From positions 1 to 58,552 of the IMG/VR virus record IMGVR_UViG_3300033181_000002: a stretch of 58,552 bases of DNA, one strand, 5' to 3'. Both the position numbers and the translations under genes were made by a program. This stretch comes from a virus. Lineage: Duplodnaviria; Caudoviricetes. Position 1 is the stretch's first letter. Every line of letters begins with the position of its first letter. Shown here in pieces: positions 18,356 to 27,678 of the stretch. The notes beneath the pieces were generated by a model. The model was not told the origin of the DNA, made no database searches, and saw only the letters and a list, made by a program, of their open reading frames with translations.

Positions 18356-18871
18356 CGGCCCGCAAGCTGCGCGCCCTGACGCTCTGGCAGCCGTGGGCGA
18401 CCCTGGTCGTCGCCGGCGTCAAGCCGTTCGAGTTCCGGCGCTGGCCGGCGCCGTCGTGGATCGCAGAGGATCGCGATCCACGCCGGCGCCCGGCCGATGA
18501 AGCGGCGCGAGCTCGACGAGCTGATCGGCGCGTTGCGCATCGAGGAGGGCTGGGGCACGGCGCTGGATCCGGTGCCGGCCCTCGCGATCCTGCTGCGCAT
18601 CCAGGAGCGGCCCGAGCTGCTGCCGACCTCGGCCGTGCTGGGCACCGCGGTGATCGGCCGGCCCGTGCCGGCCGCCGAGGCCGTCGCGTCGGCCTATGGC
18701 GAGGCCTTTCGGGGCGACTCCGACCGCATCGACCACGCGGTGTTCGGCTGGCCGCTGACCGACATCCTCCGTTTCGAGCCGCCGATCGCGGCCAGGGGCG
18801 CCCAGGGCTTCTGGTGGTGGTCGACGAGCCAGGGCGACGTGCCGATCGATGAGACGAGGGAGGCAGCATGA
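18352..18871 (+). pseudogene. ASCH-domain protein, frameshifted
   Basis: ALTLWQPWATLV..G.K..E.R.W in one frame; RIAIHAG...ARGAQGFW in another; shift near 18465. Confidence 0.75.
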
Positions 18872-19428
18872 CGCTGGATCACGCTCAACCCCGAGCGGAT
18901 GTCGTGTACGAGGAGGCTTGCCCGTTCGACGATATCCTGGCTCGCACGCCCTACCTGGTCCTGCCCAAGCTCGCCATTCAGGCGATGAGGGCGCCCTGGC
19001 GGAAGCGCTTGGCGGCGCTGCTCGACGAGGCGGCAGCAGCCGGCCTCGAGACGCCGAGCTATCTCGTGTTCCGCGACGACCCGGCCTTCACCCATTGCAC
19101 CTTCTACGTCGACACGCCTGACGAAGTCTGTGGCGCGGAGATCGTCGTGGCCGATCCCTGGGCCGACTACCGCCATGGCGCGCTCACCAAAGTTCGGGCG
19201 CTCTGTCCGAACTTTCAGCCGCCGGAGCCGCCGCGGCCGACCCCTGACGAGATGCGGCCCGGCCTCGACGCCGCCGTGAGTCTCCTGCGGAGGACCGCCG
19301 ACGCCAAGGAGACGTCGGGCAGGGGCGTCTTGGGCGGCATGTTCGCCGATCAGGCTGCGACAGACCTTCGGCAAGCCGCCGACCGCGTCGACGTCCTCGA
19401 TCGCGCCTCGGAAGGACAGGGGCGATGA
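18868..19428 (+). CDS. Hypothetical protein
   Basis: ATGA coupling with a ribosome-binding site. Confidence 0.6.
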   Translation: MTLDHAQPRADVVYEEACPFDDILARTPYLVLPKLAIQAMRAPWRKRLAALLDEAAAAGLETPSYLVFRDDPAFTHCTFYVDTPDEVCGAEIVVADPWADYRHGALTKVRALCPNFQPPEPPRPTPDEMRPGLDAAVSLLRRTADAKETSGRGVLGGMFADQAATDLRQAADRVDVLDRASEGQGR

Positions 19429-19459
19429 CCGCTTTCGATCAACTGTCGGAGACTTCCCG

Positions 19460-19783
19460 ATGCGATTACTTGCCACGATGGCCGTTGCTGCCGCCCTCGT
19501 CCTGCCCTCTGCAGTCCGGGCCCATGACACCTGGGCCAACGGCGACCCGGTCCCCGCCTGGGTCAAGGCGGAATGCTGCTCGCAGGCGCATGCGCACCAT
19601 GTCGACGACAGCGCCGTGCATGCCGGGCCGGACGGCTATCGCGTCGACGGCTACCAGTGGACGATCCCGTACAGTCGGGCCCTTCCATCACCTGACGGGT
19701 CGACCTGGCTGTTCTACGCCACCGACCAGGATGGCACCCAGCACACTCCTTATTGCTTCTTCGTCGGCCCGAAGGGCTCGTGA
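19460..19783 (+). CDS. Putative secreted small Cys-containing protein
   Basis: Signal peptide MRLLATMAVAAALVLPSAVRA-H; ECC, PSPDG and YCFF motifs. Confidence 0.7.
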   Translation: MRLLATMAVAAALVLPSAVRAHDTWANGDPVPAWVKAECCSQAHAHHVDDSAVHAGPDGYRVDGYQWTIPYSRALPSPDGSTWLFYATDQDGTQHTPYCFFVGPKGS

Positions 19784-19819
19784 GATGCGCGGCCGGATCA
19801 CGGTCGGGGAGCGGGGGAC

Positions 19820-20332
19820 ATGACCCAAAAGAAACACAGGGCTCCGCCGCCCTGGGGCGACATCGAGGACGCCCCCAAAGACGCGACCGTCGTGGATCTG
19901 TGGATTCCTGGCGACGACTCACCGGGATATCGTCGCGTCGACCTCCATTGGGGAATGCCCGTCGATTCCTCGCGCGATGAGGAAGCGGGCTGGCTCAACG
20001 ACATGGAACAACTCGCGCTCGAGGAGGGCGAGTATCCTTCGATGTGGGTGCATGCGCCGCCGGATCCTGAGGCGGGTGTGCCGGCCATGAATCGATCGAC
20101 AGGCAGCGAGGGAGTAGGCGGACGACACAAGGCCGACTCCCTGGCCGCAGCCCTGCCGCGAGAGATGACGCGAGTCCGCGGGCTTATTCCCCTCTTCGAC
20201 GCTATTCCGACCGGCTTCTTCGCAGCTGGCATGATGAGGCAGTCGCTCGGTGCTGCCCAGCATGCGCTCGCTGAAGGTAACGTGATCGCGATGTTGCGCT
20301 CCTACGAGGATCTTAAGGGATACTCGGCATGA
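19820..20332 (+). CDS. Hypothetical protein (possibly two fused modules)
   Basis: W..IE.APKD N-terminus; internal ATG near 20088. Confidence 0.55.
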   Translation: MTQKKHRAPPPWGDIEDAPKDATVVDLWIPGDDSPGYRRVDLHWGMPVDSSRDEEAGWLNDMEQLALEEGEYPSMWVHAPPDPEAGVPAMNRSTGSEGVGGRHKADSLAAALPREMTRVRGLIPLFDAIPTGFFAAGMMRQSLGAAQHALAEGNVIAMLRSYEDLKGYSA

Positions 20333-20829
20333 ACACTTCCGATCAGAGTTCTTCCCGGAACCAACCCGAACAGCGCCTCTACATCCCGGCCGCATACGTC
20401 GACGAGGTCTGTCCACCAGGCCGCGTCAACCCCGACGCCTGGATCGGCACGCCGGCCGGCGACGTGTGGCTGCTCGCGACCGAGGAGGATATCGACTTCG
20501 GCCTGACGATCACACCGAGCGAGACTATCGAGTTCGGCTGGGTCGAGCGCCTCGGCGCGGTCGAGGTCGAGATAAGGGATGACGGCACGCATGCCGCCCG
20601 GGGGCTCGTGCCGGACGGCGTCACCCATTTCACCTTCGGCATGGATGTGCTGGCCGACACGCTCGATGAATTCGTGCGGGAATGGCTCTCCCTCGGCATG
20701 GACGTCGACGATGACCGGCTGGTTCTCGTCGAGATGGCGCGGTGGTCGCCGGAGCACGAACCTTTCCGTTTCGAGGTCGCCGAAGGCGGTCCGCGGTTCG
20801 TGCCTGTCGGGACGGGAGCATCGGAATGA
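20329..20829 (+). CDS. Acidic hypothetical protein
   Basis: Coupled ORF bounded by dyad sites at 20335 and 20832. Confidence 0.6.
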   Translation: MNTSDQSSSRNQPEQRLYIPAAYVDEVCPPGRVNPDAWIGTPAGDVWLLATEEDIDFGLTITPSETIEFGWVERLGAVEVEIRDDGTHAARGLVPDGVTHFTFGMDVLADTLDEFVREWLSLGMDVDDDRLVLVEMARWSPEHEPFRFEVAEGGPRFVPVGTGASE

Positions 20830-21170
20830 CCGCTTCCGATAAGTCCCCTTCCCGGAAGGAAAGCCGGGATGAGCCCATGCCCGAGCATCCCACCAGCGCT
20901 GAGATCGAACGCTGCAAGGCTGCTATGAGCAAGCCCGGACCACTTTCGGCTCTTCAGTTGATCGCTTCCGGTCGCGCGGTGGTTGAAGTCACAGACAGGG
21001 AAGTGCTGATCGACACGTTCGACGGTCGGACGGTGCGCGACGAGGACCACCCAAATTGCAAGATGGTGCTCGCCGGCTCTTGGCCACTTCTCCGCGCCAG
21101 AATGATCGACCGCTACGGCCTGGTCACGCCCGCGGGCCATGCCGTGCTGGCGGGGGCCGCTCATGGCTAA
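20826..21170 (+). CDS. Hypothetical protein
   Basis: Coupled ORF with a dyad site at its 5' end. Confidence 0.55.
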   Translation: MTASDKSPSRKESRDEPMPEHPTSAEIERCKAAMSKPGPLSALQLIASGRAVVEVTDREVLIDTFDGRTVRDEDHPNCKMVLAGSWPLLRARMIDRYGLVTPAGHAVLAGAAHG

Positions 21171-22167
21171 GAACAGCAAGATCGAGTGGACCGACGACAC
21201 CTGGAATCCGGTCACCGGCTGTTCGGTGGTCTCGCCGGGGTGCACGAACTGCTACGCGATGCGGCTCGCCGGGACGCGGATGCGCGGCCATTCCTCGCGC
21301 GCGGGGCTGACGGTCGACAGCAAGGCCGGTCCTGTCTGGAACGGGCTGGTGCGCTTCAACGAGGGCTGGCTCGACCAGCCGCTCCGGTGTAAGCGGCCGC
21401 GCCGGATCTTCGTATGCGCCCACGGCGACCTGTTCCACGAGGGCGTGCCGGACGCATGGCTCGACCGCGTCTTCGCCGTCATGGCGCTGGCGCCGCAGCA
21501 CACCTTCCAAGTGTTGACCAAGCGCGCGGCGCGGATGCGGGCGTATTTAACCGACCCGAGCTTCGGAATTCGGGTCGGCGGTGAGTTGATGAAGTCCGCG
21601 CGTGGCAATGCTGGGGCCGAGGCGCTGGTGATCGATCTGGCCCACAGACTCACCGTCAAGCGCCAGCCCCTGCCCAACGTCTGGCTCGGCGTCTCGGCCG
21701 AGGATCAGCAGCGCGGCGACGAGCGCGTTCCGGACCTGCTGGAGACGCCGGCGGCCGTGCGCTTCGTGTCGGCCGAGCCGTTGCTCGGGCCGATCGACTT
21801 CACCAAGCTTCAGACCTTCGGTGGCGGCCAGCTCGACGCCTTGCGTGGAATGTGGGCCACCTATCCGATCGTTGAGAGGGATGGCAGGGCAGCCGTGCTG
21901 ACCAAGGCGCCGCCACGGCTCGACCAGATCATCGTCGGCGGTGAATCCGGGCCAGGTTCCCGGCCTATGCACCGGCAATGGACCTGCAGCATCCGTGACC
22001 AGTGCGCGCCCGCCGGGGTCGCGTTCTTCTTCAAGCAATGGGGTTCATGGCAGCCGGACGGCGGCCTCGATGACGGCGGCGAGCGCTTCGTCAATGTCGG
22101 CAAGGCCCGCGCCGGCCGCCTGCTCGACGGTCGCACCCATGACGCCATGCCGGGAGTCGCGGCGTGA
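21163..22167 (+). CDS. Phage Gp37/Gp68 (DUF5131) family protein
   Basis: IEWTD.TWNPVTGC..VSPGC.NCYA, LTKR, S.EPLLG, GGESG and FFFKQWG motifs. Confidence 0.9.
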   Translation: MAKNSKIEWTDDTWNPVTGCSVVSPGCTNCYAMRLAGTRMRGHSSRAGLTVDSKAGPVWNGLVRFNEGWLDQPLRCKRPRRIFVCAHGDLFHEGVPDAWLDRVFAVMALAPQHTFQVLTKRAARMRAYLTDPSFGIRVGGELMKSARGNAGAEALVIDLAHRLTVKRQPLPNVWLGVSAEDQQRGDERVPDLLETPAAVRFVSAEPLLGPIDFTKLQTFGGGQLDALRGMWATYPIVERDGRAAVLTKAPPRLDQIIVGGESGPGSRPMHRQWTCSIRDQCAPAGVAFFFKQWGSWQPDGGLDDGGERFVNVGKARAGRLLDGRTHDAMPGVAA

Positions 22168-22706
22168 GCGCGGTGCTGTCGCCCTGCGGGCGCTACCGCT
22201 ATCGGCTCGACCGCTCCGTCGACCTCTTGGGCCGCGGCACCGTCGGCTTCTGCCTGCACAACCCGTCGACGGCGGACGCCGACATCGACGACCCGACCAC
22301 GACCCGCTGCATCGGCTTCGCCCGGGCCTTCGGTGCCGCGCGCCTCGTCATCGTCAATCCCTGGGCGGGCCGTGCCACGCGGGCACGCGACCTGTGGGCC
22401 ATGGCCGACCCGGTCGGGCCCGACAATGCCCGCCATATCGCCGAGGCCGCGGCCGAGATCGCCGTCTCGTGCGGCTTCATGGTGGCGGGATGGGGCGCCG
22501 TGACGCCCCCGGCGAGGCTGCAGGAGGAGGTGGGCGACCGGCTCGCCTTCGTGGCGATGATCTTGCGCGCCTCCGCCTGCCCGGTTCTCGCGCTCGGCGT
22601 CACCCGCAACGGCTCGCCCAGGCACCCCCTCTACGTCAGCCGCGACACCCGGCCGGTGCTGTGGCCGGCGCCTCGCCCCGAATCGAAGCAGGGGATCGCC
22701 GCATGA
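22164..22706 (+). CDS. DUF1643 family protein
   Basis: S.CGRYRY.L, NPSTAD...DDPT, AGWG and G.PRHPLY motifs. Confidence 0.88.
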   Translation: MSAVLSPCGRYRYRLDRSVDLLGRGTVGFCLHNPSTADADIDDPTTTRCIGFARAFGAARLVIVNPWAGRATRARDLWAMADPVGPDNARHIAEAAAEIAVSCGFMVAGWGAVTPPARLQEEVGDRLAFVAMILRASACPVLALGVTRNGSPRHPLYVSRDTRPVLWPAPRPESKQGIAA

Positions 22707-23530
22707 CCAGCTACGCCGCAGCCTTCATGCTCAACGAGGGCCTTCACCGGCTCGGCAAGCCGGCGCAGAAGCACGCCACGGTGCGGACGTTCTCCGTGCC
22801 GCTGATCGAGTTCGTTCGGCCGGACGGCTACTGGCCGCAGCCGTTCACGATCGAGCAGGCGTTCGAGGTCTTCCGCTGGATGGTTACCGGGGCCGCGCTG
22901 CACTCGGAACCCAGCTATTGGGGGCGGATGGCGGCGATCGATTTGCTCTCGGCGACGTCCGGCGAGGGCCACGACCACGTCATACCGGTGCGAGGCATCC
23001 AGGACCTGCGATCGCGCTTCCACTACGGCATCCTCGGCCGACTCAGCGCCAAGTCGCAGCTCGCGTGGCGGAAGGCGCTGGGGATCGACGTGGCGGCCAC
23101 CGTGCAGATCCGAGCTCGCGTCCACAAGCCCTTCGCCGGGGCGCCTCATCTCGGTTTCCGCAGCGAGGGCCACATCCGCGAAACCATCGAACGCATCACC
23201 ACCGGATCGGTGGGTGCCACGATGGCCTGGTCGCTGAACTCGTCGCACAGAGGTTGCCGAACGCTGCATCACGTTCGGATCGCCGTGGGGGCCGAGGGCT
23301 TCGCATTCCACCTCTCCTATGGAGACCCTCTCGACACGAGCTATTCGCAGTGGACCGAAAGGATTGCGGCGACTCGTGACCGCGAGACCTTCCTCGAGAC
23401 GCTGGCCCGTGCCCGGGACGCCTTCGACATGCTGGTGCACGGCACCGGAACGAGCGACCTCGCCGACATGAGCGACTTCACGCGCCGGAGCGCCATCCCT
23501 TGCCCTCACGCTCGGAGGATCGCCGCATGA
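22703..23530 (+). CDS. Hypothetical protein
   Basis: Coupled ORF ending in RRIAA with an ATGA overlap. Confidence 0.6.
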   Translation: MTSYAAAFMLNEGLHRLGKPAQKHATVRTFSVPLIEFVRPDGYWPQPFTIEQAFEVFRWMVTGAALHSEPSYWGRMAAIDLLSATSGEGHDHVIPVRGIQDLRSRFHYGILGRLSAKSQLAWRKALGIDVAATVQIRARVHKPFAGAPHLGFRSEGHIRETIERITTGSVGATMAWSLNSSHRGCRTLHHVRIAVGAEGFAFHLSYGDPLDTSYSQWTERIAATRDRETFLETLARARDAFDMLVHGTGTSDLADMSDFTRRSAIPCPHARRIAA

Positions 23531-25500
23531 TCCGCCAGGAGATCCGGCATTTCCACGTCTGCGGCGGCTCCGGCGGCGGCAAGATGGGGTTCAACCGCGG
23601 CGAGGCGCGGGTCGGCGCCGCCACGGCCGTGCCGCGCTGCATCGGCGGGGTCGACGTGGACCTCGCCGGTATGGCCGACTTCAACCGCATCCCCGGCGCA
23701 CCGGCGACGCCGCTCGACCTGTTCACCCGCGAGCAGTTCGCGGCCTTCCACGGCGGCCTGCCGCCCGCGGGCTGGCGCGAGGCCGTGCCCGACGACTTCC
23801 GCCGCGCCGCCGGCGGCGAGCGGCCGCACGTCGTCTTCATGTCGACGCCCTGCAAGGGCTTTTCCGGCCTGCTCTCGGAAAAGCAGAGCGGCTCGACCAA
23901 ATACCAGGCGCTCAACGGCCTGACGCTGCGGGCCGTGTGGCTGACGCTCGAGGCCTGGTCCGACGACCCGCCCGAGTTCATCCTGTTCGAGAACGTGCCG
24001 CGCATCGCCACGCGTGGCCGCTGGCTGCTCGACCAGATTCGCGCGCTCCTCGACGCCTACGGCTACCTGTCGGCCGAGACCACGCACGACTGCGGCGAGA
24101 TCGGGCACCTCGCCCAATCCCGGCGGCGGTTCCTGCTGGTCGGCCGACATCCCGCCAAGGTGCCGCCGCACCTCTTCGAGCCCGAGAAGAAGCGGCTGCG
24201 CGGCGTCGGCGAGGTGCTGGACCGCCTGCCGCTCCCCGGCGACCTCTCGGTCGGCCCTCTGCATCGCATGCCGAGCCTGCAGTGGAAGACCTGGGTGCGG
24301 CTGGCCTTTGTCGAGGCGGGGTCGGACTGGCGCTCGCTGAACCGGCTCCGCGTCGAGGACGGCATGCTGGCCGACTTCGCGATCGCGCCCGACGCCGGCT
24401 GGCACAGTGGAGTGCTCGGCGTGAGGCGATGGGACGAAGCGGTCGGGACCGTTGCGGCACGTAACTCGCCCGGCAACGGCGCTTTCTCGGTCGCCGACCC
24501 GCGGCCGGGCTACGGGCACGAATATGGGCAACTCGGCGTCGGCCGCTGGGACGAGCCGGCGTCGACCGTCATCAACGTCAAGTCGCCCGGCCAGGGCAGA
24601 TTCGCGGTCGCGGACCCCCGGCCGGCCTTCGGCCGAAGCACTCACCACAACATCTACCGGATCGTGCACTGGGGCGAGCACGCCCGCACGGTGACGGGCG
24701 GCACCCATCCTGCCGGCGGAGGGAGCTGCGTGGCCGACCCCCGCACCACCGCGGGCTTCGGTGGCAAGGGCAAGTATCGCGTCACGGCCTACGGCGAGGC
24801 AGCCGGGACCGTCATCGGGGCCAGCACGACAGGGCAGGGGGCCTTCGCGGTCGCGGACCCGCGCATGACGTGGGCCGCGACCGCGCATCGCAACAAGCTC
24901 AAGGTGGTGCCCTACGCGGGTGCGGCCGGCACCGTGACGGGGGCCGACAGGGTCGGATCGGGTGCGCTGTGCGTCGCCGATCCGCGGCCCGACTTCGCCC
25001 GGGACGGCCGCGACGCCTTTCAGACGGGCGGCCATTACGGCGTGCTGCCCTACGACGCCCCGAGCGGCGCCGTCACAGGCTCGGGCCAGCACGACAACGG
25101 CCGCTGGTCCGTGGCCGATCCGCGGTCCGTGGAGGGCGGAGAGGCTGAGGCGCTGCCGGGGGCCGCGCTGCCGGCAGCCGACACGAAGCTGGTCGCGGTC
25201 ATCCGCGCGCTCGACGGAACTTGGCATCGCCCCTTCACAACCTACGAGCTGGCGGCCCTGCAGGGCTACGTCGACCCCGACGACGGCCCGCTTGTGATGG
25301 AGGGCACGTCCGACAGCGCCTGGCGCGAGCGGATCGGTAACATGGTGCCGCCGCCCTCCGCGGCCGCAATCATGTCGGTGATCGCCCGCACGCTGCTGCT
25401 CGCATGGTCGGGCGAGACCTTCGTGCTGTCGTCCGAGCCGATCTGGGTCCGCGACGTCGCGCTGGCGGCCTCGCTCGACCTGCCGCCGGTGCTGGAGTGA
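23527..25500 (+). CDS. C5-cytosine DNA methyltransferase with repeated VADPR modules
   Basis: Catalytic PC (STPCKGFS), ENVP, Q.RRRF, ELAALQG and IGN.VPP motifs. Confidence 0.9.
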   Translation: MIRQEIRHFHVCGGSGGGKMGFNRGEARVGAATAVPRCIGGVDVDLAGMADFNRIPGAPATPLDLFTREQFAAFHGGLPPAGWREAVPDDFRRAAGGERPHVVFMSTPCKGFSGLLSEKQSGSTKYQALNGLTLRAVWLTLEAWSDDPPEFILFENVPRIATRGRWLLDQIRALLDAYGYLSAETTHDCGEIGHLAQSRRRFLLVGRHPAKVPPHLFEPEKKRLRGVGEVLDRLPLPGDLSVGPLHRMPSLQWKTWVRLAFVEAGSDWRSLNRLRVEDGMLADFAIAPDAGWHSGVLGVRRWDEAVGTVAARNSPGNGAFSVADPRPGYGHEYGQLGVGRWDEPASTVINVKSPGQGRFAVADPRPAFGRSTHHNIYRIVHWGEHARTVTGGTHPAGGGSCVADPRTTAGFGGKGKYRVTAYGEAAGTVIGASTTGQGAFAVADPRMTWAATAHRNKLKVVPYAGAAGTVTGADRVGSGALCVADPRPDFARDGRDAFQTGGHYGVLPYDAPSGAVTGSGQHDNGRWSVADPRSVEGGEAEALPGAALPAADTKLVAVIRALDGTWHRPFTTYELAALQGYVDPDDGPLVMEGTSDSAWRERIGNMVPPPSAAAIMSVIARTLLLAWSGETFVLSSEPIWVRDVALAASLDLPPVLE

Positions 25501-25937
25501 CGCCGGTGCGAGCCTCGGAGGTCGGCGCCTCCACCAGCGTCCCGGCCATGGTGGCGGAGCTGCGGCGCGAGCACGCGATCGCCATGGCGCAGCCGATGAT
25601 CGGCGCGCAGATGATGGGCGAGCCCTGGATTGCCGACCTCGGCGCCAGGGATCCGCTGTTCGCCCGCCGCGCCTGCCAATATGCGACCGTGCTGCTGCGT
25701 CGATGCGAGCCATCGCTCCCCGACGATCTCAGCCACCTGTTCGCCGCCTTCGAGCCGCCCGCCACCGTCGTGTTCCGCACGGCGGTGAAGCGCCTACGGC
25801 CCCGTGGTGGGCCAAGGGCCATGGTGCCGATCGGCGGCGTCGCCCCCGACGGCGAGGTGACGGTCGCGTTCACGCTGGCCCTGCCGACGCACGTCATCCG
25901 CCCGCACCGCTCTCGCACCCGGAGGATCGCCGCATGA
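25497..25937 (+). CDS. Hypothetical protein
   Basis: GTGA/ATGA coupling. Confidence 0.5.
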   Translation: MTPVRASEVGASTSVPAMVAELRREHAIAMAQPMIGAQMMGEPWIADLGARDPLFARRACQYATVLLRRCEPSLPDDLSHLFAAFEPPATVVFRTAVKRLRPRGGPRAMVPIGGVAPDGEVTVAFTLALPTHVIRPHRSRTRRIAA

Positions 25938-27124
25938 AGCCATTGTCGGCCCCTCGACCGCTGGATCTCGAGAGTTTTGCCGTGCAGACGGAGCACCTCG
26001 AGCCGCGGTCGCTCCGGGCCTACATGCGCCTGCAGCTGCACTACTGGCGCTACGGCCGGCTGTTCCGGGAGGACCATGACCTCGCCGGGATCTGCGGCAT
26101 CCACGTCATGAGCTTTCGGCGCATGAAGGAGCAGCTCGGGCTGCTGTTCGACGTCGACGACACTGGCCTGTGGCGCGACCCCGAGCTGGAAGAAGACCGT
26201 AACCGGGTGCTGCGCACCAGCGCCGTCCGCGCTCGCGCCGGAGGTGTCGGCGCGCGGACCCGGTGGGCCCGGGACGGCGGCGGCGAGGACGGCGACGCTA
26301 TGGCAAATGCTATGGCAATTGCCATGCAGGACGGCCCCGAAAACGGGGAAGTTCCGACCGAATCGGCCATGGCAAACGGCATGGCAAATGCTGGTGCGTC
26401 CCTCGCGCTCTCTGATGATGATGATGATTCTTTTAGAGGAGAGTCTTCATCATCATCATCGTCATCGGAGGTGACGGGCGCGGGCGGCGCGATGGCAAAC
26501 GCTATGGCAATTGCCATGTCGAATGGCGCCGAGAACGGCGGGATTCCGGCCGGTTCCACCGTGGCAAACGGCATGGCTCCGGCCACGGATCCACCGATAG
26601 CAAATGCCATGGCGGGCGCGGCCACCCCGGCCGAGCTGCCGGCTCCGGCTCCAGACCGGCAGCCGGCGCAGCCGGTCGTCACCGACCGCGAGCTGGTCGA
26701 CCTGGTGCTGCTGGCCTGCGGCGACAAGATCGCCCCCAAACTGCGCGAGGTGCGCGAGATGAAGCCGCTCCGCGCCATGATGCGGGACGGCTGTGACCTC
26801 AGGCGCGACATCCTGCCCGTGCTTGAGGGCGTCCGCACGCTCACGAAGCCGCTCGAGACGTTCCACGCGCGCTGGATCAAGGACCAGGTGTACGAGCGAC
26901 GGGCGACTCCGGACGAGGTGCTCGCGCCGGTGGCGCGGACCGACAATCAGGTCTTTATCGAGCAGGGCACACCCGAATGGAAGGCGTGGATCGGTTACGC
27001 CAAGACCCTCGGGAAGACTGGGTACCCGGCGAGCCAGCTGCCCGGGAGCGGGGGTAAGACCGGGTGGAAGTTCCCGGCGCGCTGGCCACCCGGTCATGAG
27101 GCGGGCGAGGTTGCAGCCGCCTAG
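25934..27124 (+). CDS. Replication initiator (DUF1376/YdaU-like N-terminus)
   Basis: T.HL....AYMRL.LHYW..G.L...LA.I N-terminus; internal iteron-like repeats; position typical of lambda O. Confidence 0.7.
   Translation: MKPLSAPRPLDLESFAVQTEHLEPRSLRAYMRLQLHYWRYGRLFREDHDLAGICGIHVMSFRRMKEQLGLLFDVDDTGLWRDPELEEDRNRVLRTSAVRARAGGVGARTRWARDGGGEDGDAMANAMAIAMQDGPENGEVPTESAMANGMANAGASLALSDDDDDSFRGESSSSSSSSEVTGAGGAMANAMAIAMSNGAENGGIPAGSTVANGMAPATDPPIANAMAGAATPAELPAPAPDRQPAQPVVTDRELVDLVLLACGDKIAPKLREVREMKPLRAMMRDGCDLRRDILPVLEGVRTLTKPLETFHARWIKDQVYERRATPDEVLAPVARTDNQVFIEQGTPEWKAWIGYAKTLGKTGYPASQLPGSGGKTGWKFPARWPPGHEAGEVAAA
26298..26612 (+). repeat. Iteron-like repeats / putative replication origin inside the initiator gene
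   Basis: Multiple ATGGCAAA(T/C)G units, including ATGGCAAAyGCTATGGCAATTGCCATG twice (near 26300 and 26492), around an AT-richer (TGA)n...(TCA)n inverted repeat. Confidence 0.7.
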
Positions 27125-27144
27125 CGTGTTCCGCATTTGTTCTC

Positions 27145-27531
27145 ATGGCATCCTCGCGCTATGTCGGATCGATGCGATGGACGCCCGATATGATCCGCGC
27201 CAAGGCGGATGCCATGGAGCGCCGGCTCGACCGGCCCGCGACGGTGACGCCGGAGACGACGCGGCTCGTGGTCGAGGCGCTGCGCTTCTTCGCGGCCCGG
27301 GGCTTCGCTGAGCGCCGCGACGGCTACACGATCGAGGTGTGGGATACGCGGCGCGGCACCGTGGCCGAGGAAGTCGGGGAGATCGCCATCCTGGCGGTGG
27401 CGGAAGCCGTGTTCGACGCCGTGCTTGAGGCACGGCCCGGCTGCCTCGTCACGCTGCGCAAGAAGGCGCTCAAACTGCGGGAGCGGAGGGCGCCGGACGC
27501 GGCCGCGGCGGACGAAGAGGGCGAAAAATAA
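27145..27531 (+). CDS. Hypothetical protein
   Basis: 128-aa ORF; true start may be 27171 or 27190. Confidence 0.55.
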   Translation: MASSRYVGSMRWTPDMIRAKADAMERRLDRPATVTPETTRLVVEALRFFAARGFAERRDGYTIEVWDTRRGTVAEEVGEIAILAVAEAVFDAVLEARPGCLVTLRKKALKLRERRAPDAAAADEEGEK

Positions 27532-27601
27532 TCGGGCGGCAACAGCAAAATCCGACGCAAAATATGCGTGGAAATATGCACGGGGCGTAGTAGACGATCG
27601 A

Positions 27602-27678
<77 letters not shown>

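Larger units (their letters stand above)
13068..20859 (+). repeat. Dispersed 28-bp 11-6-11 dyad sites, 8 plus-strand copies
   Basis: Copies at 13068, 15912, 16220 (weak left arm), 16642, 17921, 19431 (12-bp spacer), 20335 and 20832; consensus GCTTCCGATAA-N5C-TTCCCGGAAGC. Confidence 0.9.

Noticed and set aside
18733-18750. Possible self-target of guide unit 2 (CCACGCGGT GTTCGGCTG versus TACCGCGGT CTTCGGCTG)
   Set aside because: Only 14/18 identity, which is plausible by chance in GC-rich DNA. I found no convincing in-window target by eye, but the search was not exhaustive.
23506-25713. Long antisense and alternative-frame ORFs (also 36979-38814, 48029-49975, 52723-54720 and others)
   Set aside because: Shadow ORFs of high-GC genes; Arg/Pro/Gly-rich with no motifs and overlapping well-supported genes.
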